Source of the DNA: Candidatus Methanomethylicia archaeon
GTDB lineage: Archaea; Thermoproteota; Methanomethylicia; Culexarchaeales; Culexarchaeaceae
Direction of reading: 5' to 3'
DNA: 64,000 nucleotides
NCBI GenBank assembly: GCA_038727515.1
Contig: JAVYVS010000001.1
Span: forward strand, 128,001-192,000
Within the stretch, counting starts at the first letter, position 1. Each line of letters starts with the position of its first letter. This document shows, piece by piece, positions 49,793 through 59,932 of this stretch. The position numbers and the translations under genes are program-made. The notes under the pieces were generated by a model. That model was given only the letters and a program-made list of their open reading frames with translations. It made no database searches and was not told where the DNA came from.

Positions 49793-50871
49793 TTTTCTCC
49801 ACCGCCTAATACCCTTATTATACTTTCTCTAATGTCTATTCCCATGGGACACCACGTTATACATCTACCACATCCCACACAACCTAATGTATCAAACTGC
49901 TTCTCCCAATATGAGAATTTATGTAGTAGCCATTGCCTATATCTAGCCCATAAATCAGGTCTAAAGTTTCCACCAGCTACTTCTGCATATCTATAGGTGA
50001 AGCAGCTATCCCAATATCTAATTCTATCAACATATTCATCTAAATGTGATTCATCATATATGTCGAAGCAGAAGCAGGTGGGACATACCATTGTACAATT
50101 TCCACATCCAACACATTTTTCAGAGACTTTTCTCCATAAATCTTTATTCATAATTTTCTCTTCCAATTCCTTTGGTAAGTTTTCTATGTTAAATGGAGCT
50201 TTCGCCTTCTTTTCAGCTTCCTCCATGGTTTTTATTAAACTAGTGATGTCATCTACTGATGCCTCCCTTAGTTCATTTAAAGATTTCAGTATTTTCCCAC
50301 CTTTTTCACTTCCAACTTCAAATAATACTTTACCATTTATTTTCGTGTATGCTATATCAAAATTTTCTTTAACTCTAGGTCCAGTACCCATTGTGGCACA
50401 AAAGCATGTTTTACCGGGATCTATACAATTTTCCACTATTATTGTGAGTTTTTCTCTTATGGTTTTATAGTATACATCTTCATTCCATGAAAAAGTTTTA
50501 TCCATGATTTTTATCGCAGCAGAATCACATGGTTTTATTGCAAAAAATGTTATTTCCATATTCTGGTAATCGTATGGTTCTATCCTTAATCCTTTGTATA
50601 CTCTGATAATTTTAAGTGTTGGTGGAAACAAGTATTTCTTTGGTGAATCAAATCCATGTCTAAAGAATTTCCCCTTAAATAATCTATAGTTTCCTGGTTC
50701 TTGCAAATCTTCAACATCCCTTGCTAATTCTTCATAATCATTTAATTCTTCATACACTATTGAATTTCCATCTGCTGATATCCTTGGTCCTATCACCTTT
50801 GTCTTTTCCCTTAATATTTTAAAGAGTTTTTCCAGATCGCGCTCTAATCCACTTTTAATTTCTACTATCAT
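49789..50871 (-). CDS. hydB: Group 3b hydrogenase beta subunit (AsrA-like Fe-S protein)
   Basis: PCD, CFC, CVGCGNCTMVCPTCFC, WDSC, CVGCGRCITWCP. Confidence 0.93.
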   Translation of the reverse strand: MIVEIKSGLERDLEKLFKILREKTKVIGPRISADGNSIVYEELNDYEELARDVEDLQEPGNYRLFKGKFFRHGFDSPKKYLFPPTLKIIRVYKGLRIEPYDYQNMEITFFAIKPCDSAAIKIMDKTFSWNEDVYYKTIREKLTIIVENCIDPGKTCFCATMGTGPRVKENFDIAYTKINGKVLFEVGSEKGGKILKSLNELREASVDDITSLIKTMEEAEKKAKAPFNIENLPKELEEKIMNKDLWRKVSEKCVGCGNCTMVCPTCFCFDIYDESHLDEYVDRIRYWDSCFTYRYAEVAGGNFRPDLWARYRQWLLHKFSYWEKQFDTLGCVGCGRCITWCPMGIDIRESIIRVLGGGEK

Positions 50872-51008
50872 AACATCACCGATAAGTCTCCCTCAACTCC
50901 TATTGGTATAACTTGCTTTTAAAGTAGTAATTAATTAAATTATTTATTTCTTTTCATCCGGACTTTTTATGATAAATGTTAAATTTAAATGTATGTAATA
51001 TATGATTT

Positions 51009-51503
51009 ATGATGAATAGTATTGAGTCATTTAAAGAGCAGAGGATACTCTTATTTGATTTTCGTAAATGTTCTGGTTGTTTTATTTGTATGTTGGTATG
51101 TTCATATACCCATTATGGTGGTTTTGATTTCAATAAATCTCATATACGTGTTTATGAGAATCCTAAAGCTCCTTTATCATTTATTAGTATGTATTGTACC
51201 CATTGTGATCATCCAATTTGTGAAGCTGCATGTCCAGCTAATCCTAAAGCTATAGTGAAATCTTCTGATACCGGTTTTGTTAAGATTGATAGGATGAAAT
51301 GTATAGGATGTAGATCATGTATATGTGCATGTCCAATATCTATTCCTCATTTTGATGAGGAATATGGTGTATGTTCTAAATGTGATGCTTGTGATGGAAA
51401 ATTTTTATGTGCAGAATTTTGTAGCACTGGGGCTTTAATGGTTGTTCCGAGAAGTAAAGCTAAGTATTATCTTGAAAATATCATGGGTGTAAAATATGAG
51501 TAG
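51009..51503 (+). CDS. 4x[4Fe-4S] DmsB/HydN/CooF-type electron-transfer protein
   Basis: CSGCFICMLVC, CTHCDHPICEAACP, CIGCRSCICACP, KCDAC...CAEFC. Confidence 0.9.
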   Translation: MMNSIESFKEQRILLFDFRKCSGCFICMLVCSYTHYGGFDFNKSHIRVYENPKAPLSFISMYCTHCDHPICEAACPANPKAIVKSSDTGFVKIDRMKCIGCRSCICACPISIPHFDEEYGVCSKCDACDGKFLCAEFCSTGALMVVPRSKAKYYLENIMGVKYE

Positions 51504-51753
51504 TGATGAAAATTTATATCCATGGAGGAAGAGGGAGAATCCTTTAGCTTCATCAATTAGTAGCCCAATCCTTAGGCTTATTAGAATTGGACATATTCAT
51601 AGACTTCTACCCATCATGGAGAAGGAGAGGGAAAAGATGGGGTTGCAGAAACTTCCTCCATCCGCTTTTTCATCAAAGGATGCTGTATCTGAAGTTAATA
51701 TTTTACTTCAATACAACTTGAGTGATAAAATTAAAAGGAGGATTAAATTGTAA
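51496..51753 (+). CDS. Small protein resembling the C-terminal helical part of HdrC (no Fe-S motifs)
   Basis: IRIGH...EREKMGLQKLPPSAFSSKDAVSEVNILL resembles the HdrC tail; translationally coupled on both sides; no Cys. Confidence 0.55.
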   Translation: MSSDENLYPWRKRENPLASSISSPILRLIRIGHIHRLLPIMEKEREKMGLQKLPPSAFSSKDAVSEVNILLQYNLSDKIKRRIKL

Positions 51754-52601
51754 TGTTAAAATATTCTCTCTTTCTTGGCTGTTTTATACCTGCTATGCAA
51801 CCCTTTGCTGAAGCAGCTTTTAGAAAGATTTCTTCTATTCTCGGTATTGAATTAATTGATATTAAGGGGGCTTCTTGCTGTCCAGTATCTGATGTTTTTG
51901 GAATTGTTAGTTATGATGCTTGGGTTAATATTGCTGCTAGAAATATGTCTTTGGCTGAAGAAATTAATGGAGATATCGTTGTTTTATGTAATGGTTGTTG
52001 GGATACATTTTCCAGTGTATTGAAGAAGTTAGTTGAAGATGATAATCTTCTAAATAAAGTAAATAATAATTTATCTCTTTTAGGTAGGAAGTTTACTGGT
52101 AAATTAAAGGTTAAACATTATTTTGAAGTCTTAGTTGAAGATATTGGTTTAGAGAAGGTTCAGGAGAATGTGAAAATTCCATTAAATTTGAATATTGCTA
52201 TGCAGTATGGTTGTAAATTGTATAGGGATAATAGATTGTTAAAGTATTTTGATGAATTAATAGAGGTTATTGGTGCTAAAAAGGTTTTTTATGATGCTGA
52301 AAGATTATGTTGTGGTTATCCACTATCCCTATATTCACAAGATCTAGCTTTCTCTGAGAGAACTAAGAGGAAGATTGATTCAATAATTAAAGCTGAAGTT
52401 GATTGTATTGCTGTTACATGCCCAGCATGTTTCTACTATTTAGAGGAGGGTGAATTGAATTTGATTAAGAGTGGATATAAATGTAATATTCCAATTCTAC
52501 ATTTATCTGAACTCATAGCTTTATCCTTTGGATTTAAACCTAGTGAAATTGGAGGATCCCTACATAAAATTGGATATATGAATATTCTTGGTGGTAGATG
52601 A
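51753..52601 (+). CDS. hdrB: Heterodisulfide reductase subunit B-like protein (two CCG domains)
   Basis: FLGC...SCCP...AARN...CNGC; YGC...LCCG...TCPAC; PILHLSELIAL. Confidence 0.92.
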   Translation: MLKYSLFLGCFIPAMQPFAEAAFRKISSILGIELIDIKGASCCPVSDVFGIVSYDAWVNIAARNMSLAEEINGDIVVLCNGCWDTFSSVLKKLVEDDNLLNKVNNNLSLLGRKFTGKLKVKHYFEVLVEDIGLEKVQENVKIPLNLNIAMQYGCKLYRDNRLLKYFDELIEVIGAKKVFYDAERLCCGYPLSLYSQDLAFSERTKRKIDSIIKAEVDCIAVTCPACFYYLEEGELNLIKSGYKCNIPILHLSELIALSFGFKPSEIGGSLHKIGYMNILGGR

Positions 52602-52602
52602 T

Positions 52603-53022
52603 ATGATTGAGGTATTAAATTCTCTAAGGGATTTATTAGGAAGTGATCTATTTGATTTTTATCGTGATCGTTATGGTAGATATTATCTTTTAACTAAAGC
52701 TGAGAGGATATTGGATGTAGTTGGTTTAATTGTTAAATTTGATGGGAGATTTATAGCTTTATCCGCCAATGATCTTGGAAGTTTAGGTTTTGAATTAATT
52801 TATCATTTTGATTTTAGTGGTTTTGGAGAACCTTATGTAGTGTCAATTAAGGTTAGAGTATCTAGAGAGAATCCTGTTATAAAATCTATTGTTAATATTG
52901 TGGAAGCTGCTAATTGGGCTGAGAGGGAAATTATGGAATTGATGGGTGTTAAATTTGAGGGGCATCCTGATCCTAGAAGATTATTCTTACCATATGCATG
53001 GCCTAAGGAGGAAGTGGCATAA
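52603..53022 (+). CDS. Group 4 hydrogenase NuoC-like subunit
   Basis: FELIYHF, AANWAEREIMELMGVKFEGHPDPRRLFLP. Confidence 0.9.
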   Translation: MIEVLNSLRDLLGSDLFDFYRDRYGRYYLLTKAERILDVVGLIVKFDGRFIALSANDLGSLGFELIYHFDFSGFGEPYVVSIKVRVSRENPVIKSIVNIVEAANWAEREIMELMGVKFEGHPDPRRLFLPYAWPKEEVA

Positions 53023-54239
53023 TGGGTGAGAATAATTCTAAAGAAACTTCACTTAAAATTGGAGGGTTAAATTCATCTCAATTCATAGTTCCAATAGGAC
53101 CTTTTCATCCAGCTCTTCTTGAAGGTGAATTCTTTAAGTTAAAGGTTGATGGTGAGAAGATAATTAGTGCAGATATTAAGCTTGGCTATAATTATAGGGG
53201 GATTATGAAACTCGCTGAGGAAAGAGATTATTGGAAGAATATTTACTTATTTGAAAGGATTTGTGGTATATGCAATTTTACACATACATTAGCATATGTT
53301 ATGACGGTTGAAATGATCGGTGGAATAGATATACCTGATAGAGCTAGGTATATAAGAACTTTCTTAGCGGAATTGGAGAGAATTCATAGTCATATGTTAT
53401 GGGCTGGCATAGCTGTAGAACTTCTTGGATTCAAGACCTTATTCATGTATATTTGGAGGGAGAGGGAGCATGCACTTGACATCTTTGAGATGATTACTGG
53501 TAATAGAAGGCATTCAGCTATGAATACTATTGGTGGTGTTAGGAGAGATATAAGTATTGACTTAATTAATAGGATTGAAGGTAAAATTAAGGTTTTGGGG
53601 AAGAAGGTTAAAGAAATTGAGAAAATGATATTGGAAGATCCTATACTAAAATCTCGTACTAAAGGTATTGGTGTTCTCGGTAAAGATAATGCTAAGAAGT
53701 TGGGTGTTGTTGGACCTGTGGCTAGAGCCAATGGATTGAAAGTTGATATTAGAAAGATGGATCCATATGCTGCCTATAAGGATGTTCCTTTTGATATTAT
53801 TACCCGTGATGATGGTGATGTATATTCTTTAATTGAAGTTCGAATAGGTGAACTCTATGAATCTATAGGTATATGCTTGTATTGTTTAGATGTACTTAAG
53901 AGGATTGGAGGCCCTATAAAGGTTGATGTGAGTGAACTTCCACCTGGTGAAGCTATTGGAAGAACTGAAGCTCCTAGAGGTGAACTTTTCTATTATATTC
54001 TTTCTAATGGTACAAATATTCCTGAGAGAGTTAGAATTAGAACTCCATCATATATGAATGATTATGCAATTTTACATATGCTACCAGGTTATACTTTAGC
54101 TGATGCTCCAATAATAATAGCTAGTGTTGATCCATGTATGACTTGTACTGATCGTTGTATATATGTTGAAGACGTTAGGATTGGCATGGTGAAAAAGACT
54201 ACTCTAATGGATTTATCTAGAGAAGTTTGTGGTGGATAA
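53022..54239 (+). CDS. Group 4 [NiFe] energy-converting hydrogenase large subunit
   Basis: PIGPFHP, L1 ERICGICNFTH, EAPRGE, L2 DPCMTCTDR plus a C-terminal extension. Confidence 0.93.
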   Translation: MGENNSKETSLKIGGLNSSQFIVPIGPFHPALLEGEFFKLKVDGEKIISADIKLGYNYRGIMKLAEERDYWKNIYLFERICGICNFTHTLAYVMTVEMIGGIDIPDRARYIRTFLAELERIHSHMLWAGIAVELLGFKTLFMYIWREREHALDIFEMITGNRRHSAMNTIGGVRRDISIDLINRIEGKIKVLGKKVKEIEKMILEDPILKSRTKGIGVLGKDNAKKLGVVGPVARANGLKVDIRKMDPYAAYKDVPFDIITRDDGDVYSLIEVRIGELYESIGICLYCLDVLKRIGGPIKVDVSELPPGEAIGRTEAPRGELFYYILSNGTNIPERVRIRTPSYMNDYAILHMLPGYTLADAPIIIASVDPCMTCTDRCIYVEDVRIGMVKKTTLMDLSREVCGG

Positions 54240-56110
54240 ATATGATTGATCCAAGTATAATGATCTTCTTGATATTTTCGTCAGCAGTATTTTCATTGAT
54301 TCATAGAATTCCAAGAATTATTAGGGATTTCATGTTTGTTTCATCAACTCTTCTCACTCTGATAATCGTTATTATCAACTTATGTAATCCATATACTGGA
54401 TTTATATTTCTAAATATGTTTAATTTGTCAATTAGAGTTAATGGTTTTACATTATTCCTCTCTTTAATTGTTTCATTTATTAGTTTTATGGTGTCAATAT
54501 ATTCAATTGAGTATATAGAGGATGAAGATAGGGGTATCTATAGTTTTTTAGTGTTAATTATTGTTGGATGTTTAATTGTAATGGCTTTTTCATGGAATCT
54601 CATGGTCTTATTCATATTTTCTGAAATATGTATTTTTGCATCATCACTTCTTGTAACCCATTATAAAACTTCTATTTCATATGAAGCTGCTTTAAAATAC
54701 CTTGCGGTACAATTTATTTCTTCAATTTTAATATTGAGTGGAATTGGAATTTTATATGATGAAATTTTGAAGAAGGGGTTTTATGGGTTTCCAGTTTTTG
54801 ATCTTGATTTCTTATCTCAATATTTAGAGGGTAATGTTGCTATTAAGATTGGTATAATTTTCATTTTAATTGGTTTTATGGCTAAATTACCATTATTTCC
54901 AATGCATATTTGGCTTCCAGATGCTTCAACTGTGTGTCCAGCTCCTATTAGTGTTCTATTGCATACTATGATGATAAAGGTTGCGGGTATTCCCAGCTTC
55001 CTTACATTATTTAAGCTTTCAAATATTTTCCATAATCCCATTATTCTCTGGTTTCTTCTATGTTGGTTGGGGATTATAACTATGTTTGTTAATACTGTAA
55101 TGGCTTTTGCTCAAGATGATGTTAAAAGGCTTCTAGCTTTTGATAGTGTTGGTCAAATGGGTTATGTTGTGCTTGGGCTTGGTATTGGAGGTCTTGGATT
55201 TATGAAGTTTAATATTTATGGTGATGTTACTTGGCTTGAAGTTGCTATTATAGGTTTATCTTCTGGTTTATTTCACATGTTTAATCATACATTATTTAAA
55301 TCAGTTTTATTCTTTTGTTCTGGTAATATAGAGCATGAAACTGGAATTAGGGATATCAATAGACTGGGAGGTTTATTTAATCATATGCCCTTTACAAGTA
55401 TTTCAATGCTTATAGGTTCCTTAGCTATTTCTGGAATTCCATTTCTCAATGGTTTTGTTAGTAAGTGGATGATTTATAATGCATGTATTGGTGGAGGAGA
55501 ATTCATTATGGCCTTTATCTCCATTTTTACTTGTGCTTTAACTTTTGCATTATTTATGAAGGTTATTGGATCTATGTGTCTGGGCTTATCCAGCTTTAAT
55601 AAAGATGTTAAGGAGGCATCAAATATTATGATTTTCCCACCAATCCTATTATCCGTATTCTGTATAATTTTTGGAATATTTCCACATATAGTTTTGAGAT
55701 ATTTATTGTATCCCGCTATTTACTCATTGACATCAATAGTTAGTTTTCCAGTAATTGATCCTTTTGAATCATTAATTAAATTATTATATGGATTTTTTGA
55801 TGTATATTGGCTTTTTTCTCTGTTTATGTTGATATCTTTACTTATATACCTAATTATTCATAGATTTTCTCAAAAGAAGATTCCTACGGTTTCTAGGGAT
55901 AAATATCTTCCATTTACTGGTGGAGTTTTTCAAGAACCCTACATGGTGATTAATGAGATTAAAGTTTCATCAACTCCATTTACATGGTTTATACTTAGAT
56001 TTTTCAATTTATTTAGGATGTATCATGGTGGATTTATAAATTGGTATGTATTGGTGATTTTAACATTTATTGTCGTCATTTTTACGCTTACTATTTTTGG
56101 AGGTGTTTAA
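54227..56110 (+). CDS. Antiporter-like (MrpD/NuoL/HyfB) ion-translocating subunit
   Basis: EAALKY, KLPLFPMHIWLPDA, QDDVKRLLAF, HMFNHTLFKSVLF, GIPFLNGFVSKW. Confidence 0.92.
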   Translation: MWWINMIDPSIMIFLIFSSAVFSLIHRIPRIIRDFMFVSSTLLTLIIVIINLCNPYTGFIFLNMFNLSIRVNGFTLFLSLIVSFISFMVSIYSIEYIEDEDRGIYSFLVLIIVGCLIVMAFSWNLMVLFIFSEICIFASSLLVTHYKTSISYEAALKYLAVQFISSILILSGIGILYDEILKKGFYGFPVFDLDFLSQYLEGNVAIKIGIIFILIGFMAKLPLFPMHIWLPDASTVCPAPISVLLHTMMIKVAGIPSFLTLFKLSNIFHNPIILWFLLCWLGIITMFVNTVMAFAQDDVKRLLAFDSVGQMGYVVLGLGIGGLGFMKFNIYGDVTWLEVAIIGLSSGLFHMFNHTLFKSVLFFCSGNIEHETGIRDINRLGGLFNHMPFTSISMLIGSLAISGIPFLNGFVSKWMIYNACIGGGEFIMAFISIFTCALTFALFMKVIGSMCLGLSSFNKDVKEASNIMIFPPILLSVFCIIFGIFPHIVLRYLLYPAIYSLTSIVSFPVIDPFESLIKLLYGFFDVYWLFSLFMLISLLIYLIIHRFSQKKIPTVSRDKYLPFTGGVFQEPYMVINEIKVSSTPFTWFILRFFNLFRMYHGGFINWYVLVILTFIVVIFTLTIFGGV

Positions 56111-57082
56111 ATGTTTTGGGATAAATTGTTAACATTCTTTGCATCTATATTTTTATCTTTTATTATTGGATGGTTTAATTTCTGGATTTTTAGGAAGTTG
56201 AGAGCTAAATTTCAATCTAGGGTTGGTCCTCCATGGTATCAGCCCTTTGCAGATATAATTAAACTTTTTGGAAAGGAATTCTTTATACCATCTCTTTCTC
56301 AAAGGTCAATTTATGTATTTTCTCCGATTTTATCTTTATCTTCAATTTTAATTTTAAGTTTCTTAATACCTCCGGGGATCCCCCATTGGATTGGGTCTTT
56401 CACTGGAGATTTAATAGTTATAATATATTTCTCAGTTATGTTTTCCTTATCGTTTATTTTAGCTGGTGTTTCTAGTGGGAATGTTTTTAGTTTTGTTGGA
56501 TCTAGTAGGGAGACTATAATGGTTTTAATTGTAGAATTGCCTTTGGCTATATCATTAATTATTCCTTCAATAATTTTAAATCGTCTCTATGGATTTCCTT
56601 CACTTTCTCTCTCTATGATATTAGAATTTCAGTTTTCCACGTGGTTTTCAATATTTCCTAATTGGTTTATATTTCATGCACCATTTTCAGCTTTAGCTTT
56701 ATTCATTTGTGTTCTTACTAAGTGTTCTTTAAAGCCCTTTGGAGATATACCTGAAGCTGAACAGGAAATAATTGCTGGTCCATTAACTGAATATGGTGGT
56801 CCTCTTCTAGGGCTTTTTGAAATTTCTAGATTACTTAGATTCTATGTCTTTCCAGCTTTATTTGTCAATTTATATTTGGGTGGTGGTGATACCTTCATAT
56901 ATCCATATAATATCATAATATTTTTAATAAAGATCTTCATAGTTGATGTAATTTTGGTAATTGTGGATTGTATATATCCAAGATTTAGGATTGATCAAGC
57001 TTTTAAATGGTATATGACCTTCTGTCTTGTTTTAACGTTAATTGATTTATTTAGATTTTCCTTGGGGGTTTTGGTATGGTGA
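56111..57082 (+). CDS. NuoH/HycD/EchB-like membrane subunit
   Basis: RKLRAKFQSRVGPPWYQPFADIIKL, DIPEAEQEIIAGPLTEYGG, PRFRIDQ. Confidence 0.92.
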   Translation: MFWDKLLTFFASIFLSFIIGWFNFWIFRKLRAKFQSRVGPPWYQPFADIIKLFGKEFFIPSLSQRSIYVFSPILSLSSILILSFLIPPGIPHWIGSFTGDLIVIIYFSVMFSLSFILAGVSSGNVFSFVGSSRETIMVLIVELPLAISLIIPSIILNRLYGFPSLSLSMILEFQFSTWFSIFPNWFIFHAPFSALALFICVLTKCSLKPFGDIPEAEQEIIAGPLTEYGGPLLGLFEISRLLRFYVFPALFVNLYLGGGDTFIYPYNIIIFLIKIFIVDVILVIVDCIYPRFRIDQAFKWYMTFCLVLTLIDLFRFSLGVLVW

Positions 57083-57639
57083 AATTAAATATTTTGAGGG
57101 AATTATTGAAATCTTTTATGAGACCTTCTACAATAAAGTTTCCTAAAGGGTCTATAACTGAAGTTCCAGAGGGTTTTAGAGGTCTTCCACAATTTGATGA
57201 GAAGAAATGTATTGGTTGTAAAGCTTGTTTAAATGTTTGTTCATCTAAAGCCATTTTTGCATATGAGGATGGAGGTCTTATGAAATTAAATATTTTCTAT
57301 GCTAGATGTATATTTTGTGGTAGATGCGAAGAAGTTTGTCCTGAGGGTGCTATTAAACTTTCACGGAAATTTGATTTAACCAGTTATAGTAGGGATGATT
57401 GTATACTTGGTATTCAATTGAGTTTAACTGTTTGTAGGAATTGTGGTAGAATCTTTGCATGTACGAATCAATTGAATAGAGTTAAAGATCGTATTTTAGA
57501 GAATATTGATCCCTCAATTAAAAGTATAGTTTTGAAAGATTTAGAGTATTATATTTATCTATGTCCTGATTGTAGGAGGATTTTAAGTTATGAATTTAAT
57601 TTTCATCCAGTTAAATTCTATGTTGTTTCAGGTGTATAG
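57076..57639 (+). CDS. NuoI/HycF-like 2x[4Fe-4S] subunit
   Basis: FRGLP, CIGCKACLNVC, CIFCGRCEEVCP, extra CRNC...CPDCRR. Confidence 0.9.
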   Translation: MVKLNILRELLKSFMRPSTIKFPKGSITEVPEGFRGLPQFDEKKCIGCKACLNVCSSKAIFAYEDGGLMKLNIFYARCIFCGRCEEVCPEGAIKLSRKFDLTSYSRDDCILGIQLSLTVCRNCGRIFACTNQLNRVKDRILENIDPSIKSIVLKDLEYYIYLCPDCRRILSYEFNFHPVKFYVVSGV

Positions 57640-57641
57640 GT

Positions 57642-58220
57642 ATGATTGAAATCATAATTAACATTATAATGGTTATTTTAGCTATGATTATGATAGAAGT
57701 AAGGAAATTACTTTTACTTCCAATTCTACTTGCTGCACAAGGACTTCTATTTACATGCTCTATTCTTCTTGAAGGATTTAGTGAACATGTCTTTCCAATT
57801 ATTTTCTTTTCAATATTCTTTTCACCATTCATGGTTAATTATATTATTAGGAGGATTCATTTATCTGAATCAAATCCATTGCTTCCCCACATAATTTCGA
57901 TTGCTTTACTCTTACTCTTAGTCTTTCTATGTATTTCAATTCAGTTCCTTATCTTTGGTATTGTAGATTTGAATTTAATAATCATTATTATTGGTGTTTA
58001 TGGTATTATTGTGAAAACTGATTTAAGGAAGATTATTGCTTGTCTATCTATGATTTTTATGATATCACATGTATTCCTAGAATATCTCCCACTGGAATTA
58101 TCTATTATCTTAACATTTCTCTCTATCCTCTTCTTATCCTTCTTCATATTCTTCACTTTAAAGTTTTATTTAGTTAGTGGAAAGATAAGTACAAGAGATT
58201 TAAAGGAGTTGAGATTTTAA
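57642..58220 (+). CDS. Hydrophobic membrane subunit of the group 4 hydrogenase (HyfE-like position)
   Basis: About 6-7 TM segments, within the operon, C-terminal LKELRF. Confidence 0.65.
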   Translation: MIEIIINIIMVILAMIMIEVRKLLLLPILLAAQGLLFTCSILLEGFSEHVFPIIFFSIFFSPFMVNYIIRRIHLSESNPLLPHIISIALLLLLVFLCISIQFLIFGIVDLNLIIIIIGVYGIIVKTDLRKIIACLSMIFMISHVFLEYLPLELSIILTFLSILFLSFFIFFTLKFYLVSGKISTRDLKELRF

Positions 58221-58666
58221 TGAAGATTTTAAAGTGGGCTAGGGAGAGATCTCCTTGGATTGCTTTATTTCATGCTGGTGGATGTAATAATTGTGATATT
58301 GAAGTCGTGGATTCTCTTACACCTAGGTTTGATATTGAACGTCTTGGAATACTATTAAAACAGAATCCGAGGCATGCGGATATACTTGTTGTAACTGGTT
58401 GTGTAACTAAGCATTCTAAGGTTTTCTTAAAGAGGATATATGATCAAATGCTATATCCAAATGTTGTTGTTGCCGTTGGAACTTGTGCTTGTACTGGAGG
58501 TGTCTTTGTGGATGGAGTAGGGGTTGAATTGAAGGAAACTCATGCAGTTATTGGTGGTGTTGATAAAGTTGTTCCAGTTGATGTTTATGTACCTGGATGT
58601 CCACCTAAACCTGAAGCAATTATACAAGGAGTAATTAAAGCTATTGGTAAACTTAAAGAGAAATAG
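58220..58666 (+). CDS. Group 4 hydrogenase small subunit (NuoB/HycG/EchC-like)
   Basis: GGCNNCDIE, NPRHADIL, GTCACTGG, VPGCPPKPE. Confidence 0.93.
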   Translation: MKILKWARERSPWIALFHAGGCNNCDIEVVDSLTPRFDIERLGILLKQNPRHADILVVTGCVTKHSKVFLKRIYDQMLYPNVVVAVGTCACTGGVFVDGVGVELKETHAVIGGVDKVVPVDVYVPGCPPKPEAIIQGVIKAIGKLKEK

Positions 58667-58718
58667 GTTTACATGTAGGTATATTTATTATATTGATTTC
58701 CCCATATATTTTTGGGCA

Positions 58719-59861
58719 ATGTTCCTTCGCGGTAAATATGGTGGTATATGTAAAATTTGTGGAATTGAAAGTAAGATAGTTTCAAGTGTTATTGGTGTTT
58801 GTGTAGATTGTTTAAGGAATAATTGGAGTGAAGCTAAGAAGATTATTTTAAATGTTCATGATAGATCTAGAGCACGTTATGGTTTACCTCAATTTCCACC
58901 TAAAAGTATTGGTGGATTAAGATGTGGTATTTGTGATTTAGATTGTATATTAAGTGTTGGTGATAAGGGGTTTTGTGGTTTAGTTGAAAATGTTAATGGT
59001 AAACTCGTTAGATATGCTGGTACTCCTATGGCTGGACTTGTTGAATGGTATTATGATCCTATACCAACGAATTGTGTTGGTGCTTGGTTTTGCCCTGCAT
59101 CAACTGGATTAGGTTATCCAAAATATGCTTTAACAATGAATGGGGAACATGGATATTATAATTTAGCTGTATTTTATGGTGGATGTAATTCTGATTGTCT
59201 TTTTTGTCAGAATTGGCAGCATAAGCAACTTGTTGTTAAAGGTAAACCTTTAATGTCTGCTGAAGATTTAGCTTCAAAAGTTAATTTTCGTACAACTTGC
59301 ATATGCTTTTTCGGTGGAGATCCATCTCCTCATGTTGTTCATGCTCTTGCAGTTTCTGAATATGCTTTAAAGAAAGCTTCATCTGAAGGTCGCATTCTAC
59401 GGATATGTTGGGAGACCAATGGTCATTTTAGTGAAGCTTTTATGAATAGAATTGTTGATGTTTCTCTTAAGAGTGGTGGAATTATTAAATTTGATTTAAA
59501 AGCTTGGTCTCCTGAAGTTTATTATACTTTAACTGGTATTGATATTGGACGTGTATATGAAAATGTTAAGCTTATCCTTAAACATTGGAATGAGAGACCT
59601 GAAGTTCCACTTTTCATGGCTAGTACACTTCTCGTTCCAGGGTATGTAGATGTATATGAAGTGGAGGGGATCTCAAGATTTCTAGCTTCTTTTGATCGTA
59701 ACATACCATATTCATTACTTGCTTTTCACCCAGATTATCTATTAATTGATCTTCCACCAACAAGTAAATCGCATGCTAAAATAGCTTTAGAAACTGCTAG
59801 AAATGCTGGTTTAAGGAATGTTAATTTAGGAAATATTTTCCTATTAGGAAACTATTATTGA
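58719..59861 (+). CDS. Radical SAM, PflA / AmmeMemoRadiSam-like family
   Basis: CKIC...CVDC, CGICDLDC, YYDPIPTNC, GCNSDCLFCQNW, FGGDP, WETNG, AFHP. Confidence 0.88.
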   Translation: MFLRGKYGGICKICGIESKIVSSVIGVCVDCLRNNWSEAKKIILNVHDRSRARYGLPQFPPKSIGGLRCGICDLDCILSVGDKGFCGLVENVNGKLVRYAGTPMAGLVEWYYDPIPTNCVGAWFCPASTGLGYPKYALTMNGEHGYYNLAVFYGGCNSDCLFCQNWQHKQLVVKGKPLMSAEDLASKVNFRTTCICFFGGDPSPHVVHALAVSEYALKKASSEGRILRICWETNGHFSEAFMNRIVDVSLKSGGIIKFDLKAWSPEVYYTLTGIDIGRVYENVKLILKHWNERPEVPLFMASTLLVPGYVDVYEVEGISRFLASFDRNIPYSLLAFHPDYLLIDLPPTSKSHAKIALETARNAGLRNVNLGNIFLLGNYY

Positions 59862-59932
59862 ATCCTAATAATCTTTATTTGTTTTAACATCGTAATAATT
59901 AACAACTCTTATATTCCTCATGGTGATGTTTA

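Noticed and set aside
46933-54239. Selenocysteine [NiFeSe] hydrogenases, or a Ni-less Mbx/Ehr-type complex
   Set aside because: Both large subunits have all four cysteines in L1/L2 and no in-frame TGA
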